Source of the DNA: Welwitschia mirabilis
Taxonomy: Eukaryota
Direction: 5' to 3'
DNA: 64,000 nt
Assembly (NCBI GenBank): GCA_051453625.1
Contig: JBOZIK010000001.1
Location: 14,509,654 to 14,573,653, forward strand
In this document: positions 1-11,569 of the stretch, in pieces
How the letters are laid out: the number at the start of each line of letters is the position of its first letter
How positions within the stretch are numbered: the stretch's first letter is position 1
Program-made: the position numbers and the translations under genes
The notes under the pieces: generated by a model
Databases searched by the model: none
The model's input: the letters and a program-made list of their open reading frames with translations, nothing else
Told to the model about the DNA's origin: nothing

Positions 1-215
1 AGTTCATCTACCAAAAATTGTTTTTGAATTTTCTCTATTCTCTTCCATAAATCTTTGGCAAGGCTTGGGCTCCACACTATGCATCCATATAAAATAGCTG
101 GCTGCACCATCGTAAGATATAATTGGCTTTATACTCCCATGACCAAACATTTTCCTTCTGAGCCTTCGACCCATTGGCAACTCTTTGTGAAACAGATTGA
201 TTCCATTTATAGTTT
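1..215 (-). mobile_element. LINE RT fragment, second copy of 1767-2005
   Basis: Direct similarity to 1767-2005 with a short internal deletion. Confidence 0.8.
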
Positions 216-219
216 TCAG

Positions 220-1694
220 AGCCCAGTTAAGTGGTGACTTTGGGATGAAAGATTTGGGAGAACCTAGAAAAATTCTCGACATGGAAATTCAAAGAGATAG
301 AAATGCAAGAAAATTGTACTTGACTCGAAAGAAGTATATTAAGAAAGTGCTAGGCCACTCTAGCATGAAAGATGCCAAGCCAATTTCTACCCCTCTTACT
401 ACTCACTTTAGAGTTTCAAGGGCTTTATCACCTGAGATAAAAGAATTAGAGTACACGTCACATGTTCCCTATTCTAGTGCAGTTGGTAGCATCATGTGTG
501 CTATGGTTTAAACCTGTCTTGATATTTCACATGCTATTTCAGTGTTGTGAGTAGATATATGTCATGTCCTAGTGAAGCTCATTGGCAAGTAGTAAAATGG
601 ATTCTTAGAAACTTGAGAGGTAGTCTGGATGCTTATTTGGAATTTAGGAGGAGCAGTAACCATTTGGCTGGATATGTTGATTAAGATTATGCTAGTGTTC
701 TTGAAAGAAGGAGGTCACTCACCGGTTATGTGTTCTCCCTAGGGAATTGTGCAGTCAGTTCAAGAGCCACTTTACAACCTATAGTTGCTTTATCTACCAC
801 AAAGTAAGAGTATATGGCAATAAGTAAGGCAGTCAGAGAAGTTATTTGGCTGAGAGGTTTGATTCATGAGCTCATCTTAGTTCAAGAGGTGACTGTCATC
901 CATTGTGCTAGAGTGCTATTCACTTGACTATAGACCAAATGTGTCATGAGAGGACAAAGCACATCGATATAAGGCATGATTATGTTTGAGATATTTTTGC
1001 ACAGGGTGACATTCTTAGAAAGAAGATTGGTACTGCAGATAATCCAGCTAATATGTTGACAAACACCTTCCAGTTGCCAAGTTCAAGAGTTGCTTGAACT
1101 TGATTGGTATGAGTTGTTTTGTTTTTAAGTTGTTCCCTTTGGGACTTATATGGAGGAGGTGGAGAGAATCTGCTATTTTTGTGAGGATGTAGAAGAATTC
1201 AAAGCAAAGCTGGAGATTTGTTGAGTGTGCCTTGAATTTAGTTACTATGGCAACAACATTTAGGATAGTTGCTCTTTTCTCAGTGGTCTTTTCTTTCTTG
1301 GAAAGAGTGTTTGTTAGGTAAAGTTAATTGTAAAACTTGCTGGTCTTAAATGGAAAAAATAGGCCAATGAAAACAACAGGCCATAATTTGCAACCTACCC
1401 AATAGTTTAGCCACAACATTCTATAGAAAGACTATAGTAGTTGTAAAATATGCAAATTAGTTTTAGGGATTTGATTTCTGAGTGATTCTACTCCATATTG
1501 TCCTCCTCAGTTTTTTCAAAAGTAAAATTTCTGCTTCTTTTCCTGTGGACATAGGTCACAATCTAAACCATGTAATTTCTGGTGTTTGCCGATGGTATTT
1601 GCCTCTATTGTTGTCTCATTATATTTACCTTTACTTCCTTTTTTTTTTTTTTACTTGCTTGTTGAATCTATTTTTTCTAGCCAATTTCTTAACA
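220..1694 (+). mobile_element. Ty1/copia 3' half (RT end, RNase H, PPT, 3' LTR ~1219-1694)
   Basis: DFGMKDLGEPRKILDMEI, VPYSSAVGSIM, GYVD*DYA, VALSTT and HERTKHIDIR motifs. PPT ggagat is followed by TGTTGAG at 1219, and the LTR ends CTTAACA at 1694. Confidence 0.88.
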
Positions 1695-3880
1695 CCTTAG
1701 CTTTCAAAGTTAACCTATCGGCCTCTAACAACAACGTTATGTATGGTACTTGAGTTTTAACCTTAAGTTCATCTACCAAAAATTGTTTTTGAATTTTCTC
1801 TATTCTCTTCCATAAATCTTTGGCAAGGCTTGGGCTCCACACCTTGTATCCATATAAAATAACTGGGTGCACCATCGTATGATATAATTGGCTTTATACC
1901 TCCCATGACCAAATATTTTCCTTCTTACATTTGCTCTTTATAACATAAAGAGCCTTTCACCCATTGGCAACTCTTTGTGAAACACATTGATTCCATTTAT
2001 AGCTTTGAGAACATTCCAATCCTTGATATTTGTACGAATCAACAATGTCAATTTGTTTATTATTCAGCTAAAAACTATAGTTTTTCTCATTTGTTGCACG
2101 AATAAGGATTTTTGTTTTATCAATATTCACCTTCATCCCTAAGTGTCCAAAAAACCTTTCTAATACTTCCAACATAGTTTAAAGTCCTCCATGAAAATTT
2201 GTAACTAGTACTACATCATCAACAAACACTAAAGGACAGAGCATTTTTTGCCCTATCTTCATTGTATACCTTTCTAGTACCTACTGCATCCATCTTTCTA
2301 ATTCATCTATAAAAATTCCAAACAATGTTAGTGATAAAGACAACATTCCTTCACTCCTATGTTATTATAAAACCTACAAGATTCTTGAGCGTCCATGCTT
2401 CTGAATTTAGCAATTATTTTTGTATATAGTCTTTGTATGGTTGTCAATAGACTAGAGCAAATACTAAGAGCAACAAGTCTACTATATAATTTATATCTGA
2501 TAACTAAGTCATAATCTTTTATGAATTTAAGAAAACAAACAAAAGTCTTTTTGTGCCACTCCTTCACTTATTCCCTACAAAACCTTAGGGTAACTAGAGG
2601 ATCCATTGTAGAGTAATTCCTTTGAATTCCTACTTGAGAGAATGCATGCAAATTATTATCTTCTGCCCACTTTCCTTACCTCTTCTCTAGGATAGTGCCC
2701 AATAATTTAGCAAATAAATTGCTAGCCATAATTAGCCTATAGTTATTCAAATTTGATTTATCCCCTTTTCCATTCAACCTTTTCCATTTTCTTCCCACAC
2801 TAATGAACCACCCCATTTTAGTAATCCCGCATATAGTCCTTTTGCATCCATGGCCTTGCCAGAAGCTAATTTATTAATTCCATTCCTCAACTTATCTAAA
2901 GTAAGTTGTATTACATCTGAATTCATATGTCTGGCTTTTTGATCCACCTCGTGCTGGAAAAAAAAATTATAAAAGGCTGGACCTTCTGCAAAAAGAATAT
3001 TGTTACATGATGAGTCTATATTGTAAAACAACTTCCATAAATTGTGTGGATCTTGTTTTATCATCTTCGAAAAGATAAACTTGATGTTCTTCCACAAATA
3101 GCCTTTTCTTATTATAGATAAGCCTTTTGTAGNNNNNNNNNNNNNNNNNNNNNNNNNNNNNNNNNNNNNNNNNNNNNNNNNNNNNNNNNNNNNNNNNNNN
3201 NNNNNNNNNNNNNNNNNNNNNNNNNNNNNNNNNNNNNNNNNNNNNNNNNNNNNNNNNNNNNNNNNNNNNNNNNNNNNNNNNNNNNNNNNNNNNNNNNNNN
3301 NNNNNNNNNNNNNNNNNNNNNNNNNNNNNNNNNNNNNNNNNNNNNNNNNNNNNNNNNNNNNNNNATCCCTTGCCTCATCTAAAGTAACTTGTATTACATC
3401 TGAAGTCATCTTTGGCTTTTTGATCCACCTCATGCGAAAAAAGACTTTTATAAAAGGTTTGAACTTCTACGAAAGGGATACTGTTACCTAGCAAATCTCT
3501 ATTATGAAATAACTTCCAAAAAATTGGGTGGATCTTGTATTATCATCTTTAATAGATAACCTTCATGTTCTTTCACAAACAGCCTTTTTTATTATGGACA
3601 ACCCTTTTGTACTTTTTAATTATATCCTCATTCTTGTTAAATTCTTTAATGATTAACTTTCCTTCTAAGCATTCTATACCAAACGAAGGTTTCTTACCCA
3701 CAGATTTCTTGTAATTAGCCACTTTCTGTGTTGCATCTAGAATTATCTCAAATGTTGCTTATGGCTTCTTAATTTCCCACTACTTTTGTACCTCTTGGTG
3801 GAAAGCTTCTTTATGTTATATAGTAATTTGTCTGAATCTATTCTTAGACTGCATGTTCTGTAGTATAAAAAAGGCATTTG
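1695..3880 (-). mobile_element. Degenerate non-LTR retrotransposon (LINE) ORF2/RT, motifs more RTE/L2-like than L1
   Basis: Frame-broken motifs KLASGKAMD, NYRLIMASN, YSTMDPLVTLR, IKDYDLV, GVKECCL, FVDDVVL, MKVNIDKTK and PVILYGYKVW. Confidence 0.8.
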
Positions 3881-4602
3881 TGTATCTTCATTTTAGCATT
3901 TTTCAGCTGGGAAGGCCTATTGCAGCTTCAAATGCTCTTGAACCTCTTCCCTCAGCTGAATTATAGTATGTCATGCATATCGCCATTCCAGAAGATGGCA
4001 AGCTATGCCTTCAAGTAAGTTAAGGGTTACGCATTTCAGTACAAGGCCATTTTGAAGAACCAACAAAAAAAGTCTGTTGACTGTGAGAGATAGACATAAG
4101 GCATGCCTATTTTCCATTCTCGCCTTGCAGAAAATCATATCCAGTACAACTGGATTCAAAATTAGCCTAACAGAAAGTTACCAAAGAAGAAAGAACTAGA
4201 AAGGAATATGAAACACCAAATCAAGAAAGAGAATATTAACAAATTTGAACCAAGGATGATTTTTTTCTTCTTCTTTTTTTTTCCCCAACATGGCAGAATG
4301 TCATGGAGTTGGACAAGAATAAAAATTTTCCCATTTTGCTGAAATCATTTCCGAAATAAAAATTGATCATGCTAACTATTTTCCTTTGGCATTTGAAAGC
4401 AAATATTAGCTTTCTTACAACCATAAAAATAATCTGAAGCACACATTGGCAATGTAATGAAAAGAAACAATTAGTTGAATAAATATAGACAATAGCTAAA
4501 GCAAACAATCTCATTGTGAATCTTGATGCATTTGTATGCTACTAACCATATTCAAAATTCATAACTAATAAACAAATATTTAACTAATGAAACTAAGCTG
4601 AC

Positions 4603-5511
4603 CTGCTGGACCCAATTTATACCAAGATCAAAAAACTTTTGCTGTTGAAGTAGATGTGAAATAGCATAGAGGACATCAGCCACTGTTCCAGTTGAAAGCT
4701 GGTCAAGCACAGGGCCTGACTTGTTCATCAATTTTCCCAACAACATCTCATCTCCTGTAAAAAGAACTTCGCTATAAGCTAAATCAAGATCTCCAGAATG
4801 CAATGCTTCCATAGCACGAATCCATGCATTCCAACAGGTTCCCTTTCCCTGTGCTAAATTATTATATTCAGATACTTCAGAATCTAGTTCCAGCATTGAG
4901 GTTTTTGAAGAAGTTCTTGATGTACCAGTGTCTTCTCCTGCAACCCTGATGGCAGCAAGAGTTTCTTCATCCTTTGCAGCCTTCCAAACACTTCTAGCAG
5001 AAGGCCCCTCCCCTAGCCTTACTGGTCCACCTCCTTTATCCCAACCTCTTCTGTTTACTGCTTGCTCTCCCTCAAAATGTTGTCTTAAAAATCTATTATC
5101 ATGTGCACTACCTGCAATGCTTCTTCTAGCACCCATCTGATTTTCAGATAATTGGCTGCCCCTGAAGGTTCCACGGGAAAAGCTATCTCGAATATCAGAG
5201 GTCATTTCAGATGGATGCCATCGCATATCTTTTTCTCTAGTAGGAACTGAGCTTACATCACCTTGAGAAAATCTGTCAGGAAATGAAAGATTACCACCTC
5301 TACCAAATTTAAAGCTGGGAAAATCATTTGCTCCCAAATAGTTGGTAAATGGTCTATTGTTAGTCTGTGCTTCATATCCTAGCATGTGACCAACACCTCG
5401 TCTTCCACATGGAAAGGAGATATCCCAACCCATATCTTCGACAGCCCTTTCCAAACTCCGAACCCTGTTTTCTAATGCAATCATTCTATCCTGGGAACTC
5501 CCAATAAAATC
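4603..5511 (-). CDS. TOR1: TOR1/SPR2-like exon 5 (coiled coil and C-terminal domain)
   Basis: cttag|DFIGSSQDRMIALENRVRSLE...GPVRLGEGPSARSVWKAAKDEETLAAIRVAGED...LMNKSGPVLDQLS...WVQQ|gtcag; 909 nt. No stop codon, so a terminal exon is expected outside the window. Confidence 0.93.
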
Positions 5512-6158
5512 CTAAGTATGAGAAAGTGAAAAAAAATATGTTAGATCACATGAAAATATTTGAAATATTTCTGTCCCAAATTCTGGATAAATAAATCACA
5601 TGCCAGATTTTCTTCTCAAAATACACACAAGTCCATACAAAATAGCTAACCATTAAGATAAAACATTAATACCAATTGTAATCAAATGCATGTCAGCCCT
5701 TAGATTTTGACTTTCAAATATTTTTCCTATAAATGCTTGTTTTGTCCTATGCTTACCTTAATATCTTAAAATTGTCTCTTGGAATGATGATTTTTACTAG
5801 AAAACTGAATGTAGAACATCTTAAAAATATTAGTTCTATGGACCACTTTGTTACGGCTTGCTAGTGGAAGAATGGTCATAGATTAGATCTGAAATCAAAT
5901 TGTTATAATAGCCATGCTTAGTATTATGTGTCCATGCTGTAAGTGGTTAGGACCTAAAACCACATTAAGGGGCTAGAGGCCTTTGCTTTAATTTTATCAT
6001 TCTAAAGGGAGCTTTTTAAAATTCTAGTATGCTTCTAAGTTTTTTTAGTTGTTGGTTTCTTCCTTTCGTTTTTTTCCTTTTTTCCCTTCCCTCCTCCTTT
6101 CCCCCTTTTTTTCCCCTTCTTTTTCTTTTCTTTTCTTTCCTTTTTTTTTGTTTCCTTT

Positions 6159-6161
<3 letters not shown>

Positions 6162-6203
<42 letters not shown>
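6162..6203. repeat. (CT)n microsatellite within a pyrimidine tract
   Basis: About 21 CT units seen directly. Confidence 0.95.
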
Positions 6204-6205
<2 letters not shown>

Positions 6206-6220
6206 CCCACTCCCTCCCTC

Positions 6221-6507
6221 TTTATTTTTATTTTTATTTTTATTTTTATTTTTATTTTTTAAAGTTTTTAGGGAGGAAACTATACCACACTTTCAAAGGT
6301 CATTGGTTCACTTAGCCAAGTGAAAACCCATGGTATGTCCAAGTCTTGCTTATGATCTATACCCAAGACATTCAAGCCCACACCTAAGAGTGTCTTCAAT
6401 ATAGGGATATAACCCAAAAGCCAACCTGCATAGCATAGGACTTGAACCCAAGACGTTGAAGGCACTCTTAGAATTTGAAGCTACCAATGACTTATATACA
6501 TAGGTTG
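6221..6507 (-). mobile_element. tRNA-derived SINE (family A)
   Basis: Minus strand has A-box-like TAAGTCATTGG, B-box GGTTCAAGTCC and an (AAAAAT)n tail at 6221-6260. The body is shared with 55340-55522. Confidence 0.7.
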
Positions 6508-6519
6508 TGTACTATGCTG

Positions 6520-6830
6520 TTGGGAGTTTATTAATCCCTCCTTTTACGGTTTTGCAGATAATGAGGATATGTGGTGTATAGAGGTTGCTTTTTTGTTGCA
6601 TTGTAAACTCTTTATTGATAATAATTGATATATGCATTGTTTCTTGAGGACATAGCTTTCAAAAGGATTACAAGTAGTTAAATTTAAGTGTGTTCTTCGT
6701 TTTTGCTTTTATGCATTGTTTCCTGAGGACATAGCTTTCAAAAAGATTAAAACTAGTTAAATTTAAGTGTGTTCTTTGTTTTTGCTTTTTGTTTTTGTTG
6801 CTACTCTCTTAACAAATAGTATTAGAGCTC
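6520..6830 (+). mobile_element. LTR 3' end with degenerate tRNA-Met PBS
   Basis: ...CTTAACA at 6814 followed by aatagtattagagc (PBS consensus tggtatcagagc). Contains a 79-bp tandem duplication. Confidence 0.5.
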
Positions 6831-7819
6831 TTAGTTCAAAAATCTTTTAGTGGCATTTTTGTGAAGCAAAGCCTTACACATGCTTTCTATACTATTTCAT
6901 CAATTGTAAAATGGAATTTCTACAAATTACCAAACATTTAATCCTAATAATTAGGTGCCAGCAGAATCTTGAATCAGGGCATTCTATTACAAAAGGATTA
7001 TGATTTGGTCCTTAAGACACATGCCGCAACTAAACCGTTGGCTATTATGATTTGGTCCTTAAGAGATAATGTGGCAACTAAATGTTGGCCTATGTCTAAT
7101 ACAAACTACACCAAAATAGTGATTAATGATAATATCTTCTATCTATACATCTTAGCAACATCTTATAGCCATATGCCAAGGAGAAGACAACAAATGATAA
7201 GTTTTTGATCAACCAACTAGTACTGAACTTCAGGTGTCATAGGTTTGTGCTTTCATAGGTTTGCAATTGCCTAGATTTTGTTAGTTTTCCATTTCACAGA
7301 TTCACTAAGTGCCTACAAAATAGATGACGAAGAATGCTATTAGCAAGAAATTGCATCAGATGAAGTAGAATAACTTTACTGGGGCAAACAAGAAAAAAAA
7401 CATGAATGACAAACATGGAAACAATAACTATTTAAAAGCTTGAATTAAAGATGATGCAACAAGAGTCAAACATCTACAAATCATGGTGGACGCTTTCACT
7501 ATGCAAATGAAACTTTTACCAAATCACATGGGGGATCAACACAAAGAGGTTATTTAAAACATAAAAAAGCTAGATGCCAAAAATTGAATGAGCATAATTG
7601 ATTCAAGATTTGTCGAATAAGAATGGACACATTAAAGGCAATGTTCCAAATGTTGAAGTAGCTATTTCTAAAGCACTAAAAGAAGAGGAAGAAAAGTGAC
7701 AGGAAGTCCCAAGCCTTCATGCAAATGGGATTCTTGAAAGAAACGGCAAAAATTTAATGGAAGAAATTCCACAATTAGTAGGGGTAAAAATGGATGTTGA
7801 ACAATCACATTTTTATAGG

Positions 7820-9002
7820 TGTTGGACTCCAACCTGACCCCCAAGAGTTGGGGGTTTCTTTATCCCATCATCCTTGCAATAACTTTTGTATGAAGAATAG
7901 TTACTTGAAGAAGGTCCTCTCTGACTCCTCAATTGACTTCCATGCCTTGTGCGTGTAGGTCTACTCTTCCCTCTTTCGGGCATTGGGAATTGAAGAGGTC
8001 CCTTCCTCTCTTCATGTCCATGAGTCATCCTATTTCCCTATTAGCTCAGAGACTTGCCTTTAGCCTTCTCCCTAGTCCTCTAGCCTTCCTAACCCCCAAT
8101 CAAGTAGATAACTTTGCAAGCATGATTCTCCTTCATGTAGGCCCCGCTTTGATTCCCCAAGCCTTTAGCATTCTCCCTCGTTGTCCACCTTCCAGCTTAG
8201 TTGAGGCCTACCTATCCTTATCTCCCTTTTTCCTAACCTTTTCATCCCTTTTTCTTCCCTCCACCTTTGTTTGCTCCTTCCCTCGAAGTTCCCTCCCACG
8301 GGCATGGAAGACAGGGTCCACTTCCTCCCTTCTCACCTAGATTCCATGACCAATGTATTAGGCAATCACTAAATTTCATGCCCAGGGAGTGGAATCTAGT
8401 CTTCCTCCCCCTTCTCCTTGGCCTCAGTTGTCTCCATTCCCTTGTTGGCATTAAACAGTTACCCCTTCTAGTTGATGCCTTCCCCTCATCCTTCTGCTAG
8501 TAGGTCAAGATGGCAAAGACCCTCTCCTTTACCCTTTCCTACAAAAGACCCAACCTATCTTTCGTTTCCCTCCTTCCTTGCCCTTTCCTCATCCCCCTTC
8601 ATCCATTTTTCCACCTTTCCTCATCCATTTCCTCACTCACTCCACCTCATTCTATGCCTTGGGCATGGAAGAGGGTTCCGCCACCATAGAATTCCATGCC
8701 CAACACATGAATTCCTCTCCTTCTTTCTCCTATAGGTGACAAAGGACCTCTAGTGGCTCGTGCAAATAGGTTTATGTGGAAGGCATTCTTCTATGGCAAA
8801 TAGCAATTCTAGAGCTGTAGAAGCCCTCCTTTCCATCTTAGCCAAGAGACCCTTCTTAACTTAGAACTTACCTTCACGTAGAAGGTCCATTTTTGCTCAT
8901 CCTCTTCCCCTCTTCTCTTTCCTATTCCTCCTTCTCTTGACCCCCTTTCCTCTCCCACCCTTTTCCTACCTTCTCCTCGTCTTCCATCCACTTATCCCAA
9001 TA
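7820..9002. mobile_element. Probable solo LTR (~1.18 kb, CT-rich)
   Basis: Termini TGTTGG...CCAATA, flanked by TAGG on both sides (7816-7819, 9003-9006), with an abrupt composition shift. Confidence 0.6.
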
Positions 9003-9006
9003 TAGG

Positions 9007-11560
9007 TTCAATTACACAAGTTGAATACTTCTCAGTTGGGAGTCTTTATGCGCAAATGTTATGGATGCAAGAAACGTTTAATGATTATGGATTGAAACAC
9101 GATAATGTTCCAATATATTGTGACAACTTATGTGCAATTAGCCTTTCCAAAAATGTAGTAGTAGATCTCAGACTAAATACATTGAAATTCATCATTACTT
9201 TCTTCAAGATTGGGTAGATAAAGGTAATATTAAATTACAATTTATATTTACTATTGAACGATTAACTAATATTTTTATTAAACCATCCACATATGATCAT
9301 CTTTATATGTCTAGACAAGCTCTTGGTATTTGTTTAATACATGTTAGTAAAGTGCAATGCAGTCAACCAAATGTGTAAACTAGTNNNNNNNNNNNNNNNN
9401 NNNNNNNNNNNNNNNNNNNNNNNNNNNNNNNNNNNNNNNNNNNNNNNNNNNNNNNNNNNNNNNNNNNNNNNNNNNNNNNNNNNNNNNNNNNNNNNNNNNN
9501 NNNNNNNNNNNNNNNNNNNNNNNNNNNNNNNNNNNNNNNNNNNNNNNNNNNNNNNNNNNNNNNNNNNNNNNNNNNNNNNNNNNNNNNNNNNNNNNNNNNN
9601 NNNNNNNNNNNNNNNNNNNNNNNNNNNNNNNNNNNNNNNNNNNNNNNNNNNNNNNNNNNNNNNNNNNNNNNNNNNNNNNNNNNNNNNNNNNNNNNNNNNN
9701 NNNNNNNNNNNNNNNNNNNNNNNNNNNNNNNNNNNNNNNNNNNNNNNNNNNNNNNNNNNNNNNNNNNNNNNNNNNNNNNNNNNNNNNNNNNNNNNNNNNN
9801 NNNNNNNNNNNNNNNNNNNNNNNNNNNNNNNNNNNNNNNNNNNNNNNNNNNNNNNNNNNNNNNNNNNNNNNNNNNNNNNNNNNNNNNNNNNNNNNNNNNN
9901 NNNNNNNNNNNNNNNNNNNNNNNNNNNNNNNNNNNNNNNNNNNNNNNNNNNNNNNNNNNNNNNNNNNNNNNNNNNNNNNNNNNNNNNNNNNNNNNNNNNN
10001 NNNNNNNNNNNNNNNNNNNNNNNNNNNNNNNNNNNNNNNNNNNNNNNNNNNNNNNNNNNNNNNNNNNNNNNNNNNNNNNNNNNNNNNNNNNNNNNNNNNN
10101 NNNNNNNNNNNNNNNNNNNNNNNNNNNNNNNNNNNNNNNNNNNNNNNNNNNNNNNNNNNNNNNNNNNNNNNAACCAAATGTCTAAACTAGTTGCTTGGAT
10201 TTGGGCTATGAACTTAATAGAGTAGTCCACATAGATCCACATCCTGTCATCCAAATATGAATAAATTTTTATAGCCTAGATTTACTAGGATGATTGAATG
10301 TGACAAGTTTTATATCGTAAAATTTATGCTTTATCAAGACGACTAAATGCAACACTTGCTCAACCAAAGCAGCATTTATCCATTTTTGAAGATGTTTTTA
10401 ATGGTTGATGTTTTTCTATATTTGGTCATTATTGGGCATTCATTTTTGAAGCTTATGGCTTCTCCGAGAAGCTATTGTCATGAGGGTCTTCTAAAATCTA
10501 AGGTCTCCCTCACTTCACTCCATTTTTCTCCTTCATTTCAAAGCAATGTATTCCTTGTAGAAACCCTCATTCATCATTTCTATTTTTCTCTCTCTCAAAC
10601 ATTTTGACAATTTCTTGTCACTCCATCTTTTGTGAACTGGAACCTTTGGAGGCAATGGCAACAAAGGGCGCTCCTTGGAAAAGGTAAAAAGTCCTAGGAG
10701 GTACATTGTTTTCCTTCTTGTATTCTAGGCTAATGAATGAAGATATGTATTTATTTCCATCAATGTCAAAGGGGAAGATTGTTAGATTTATTGTCATTGA
10801 TGTCAAAGTGCATTGATCTTTTGAAGATATGCATTTCAAAGTTGTACATAAGTGTTTCAGGTGGAGAAGCTATGAGAATTTGATTTTGATGGAGTGCCAA
10901 GAATTCAAGTTGTTCATATCTTGTTTTCATCCCTCATTTCTTTTTTCGTGGCCTTAGGGTGATAAGATGTGCTATAGGGTTGATAGAACTATTACAATTT
11001 CCTGCTCAAATTGATATAGATCTAGTTGACTAGACCCAATATGGAGTCAACTAGACTTTTTAGAATTTATAGACTGCACAAGAGTGGTCAACTACACATC
11101 CCATTGAGTCAATTGGAAATTACCCATTTTTTAACTGCAATTCAATTTTGGTAGTTCCTATTGTCAAGTAAATAGTTCTCCAGTCTACCAACAACTATTT
11201 GGAGGAGTCTCACTACTTAATATCATACCCTCCAAAGAAAACATAGGGCTAACCACTCTTAGAATCGCACTTACCTATGATTATTTTCAGCGTGCTTCTA
11301 TTGTGAAAACTTTCCTTCATCTTACACTTTCTATATCAAAGCTCTAAGGTTTATTCATTATACTCATTGGAGTAAATTTAGGCAATTAGGCCACATGTTT
11401 CACTCTCCTCTTGCTTATTCTAAAATAGGTGGAGACTCAATTTGAAAAGTCAAATCGTAAAGGTTGTAGGTAAACCTAAAAAGCCTATGATTTCATGAGC
11501 TGAAACACATTGAGTTCTTGGCTATCTTCAAAGAGTGAATCTAGGGTTTTGGTCCAATAG
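9007..11560 (+). mobile_element. SIRE-like copia 3' remnant (RNase H, gap, PPT, partial LTR from 10780)
   Basis: AQMLWMQETFNDYG, VPIYCDNLCAISLSKN and KYIEIHHYFL motifs. PPT caaaggggaagat is followed by TGTTAG at 10780. LTR end not resolved. Confidence 0.75.
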
Positions 11561-11569
11561 GAAGGACAT

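Noticed and set aside
3971..4159. ORF ...LLVLQNGLVLK... as the terminal TOR1 exon
   Set aside because: The nearby AG acceptor gives a different frame in phase 0 (TFFVGSSKW...), and the expected C-terminal motifs are absent.
6016..6315. Arg/Glu-rich and Leu/Phe-rich ORFs
   Set aside because: Translations of microsatellite and pyrimidine tracts.
9334..10254. Long ORFs containing X runs (also near 22.3, 41.3, 48.5 and 61.4 kb)
   Set aside because: Artefacts of N gaps.
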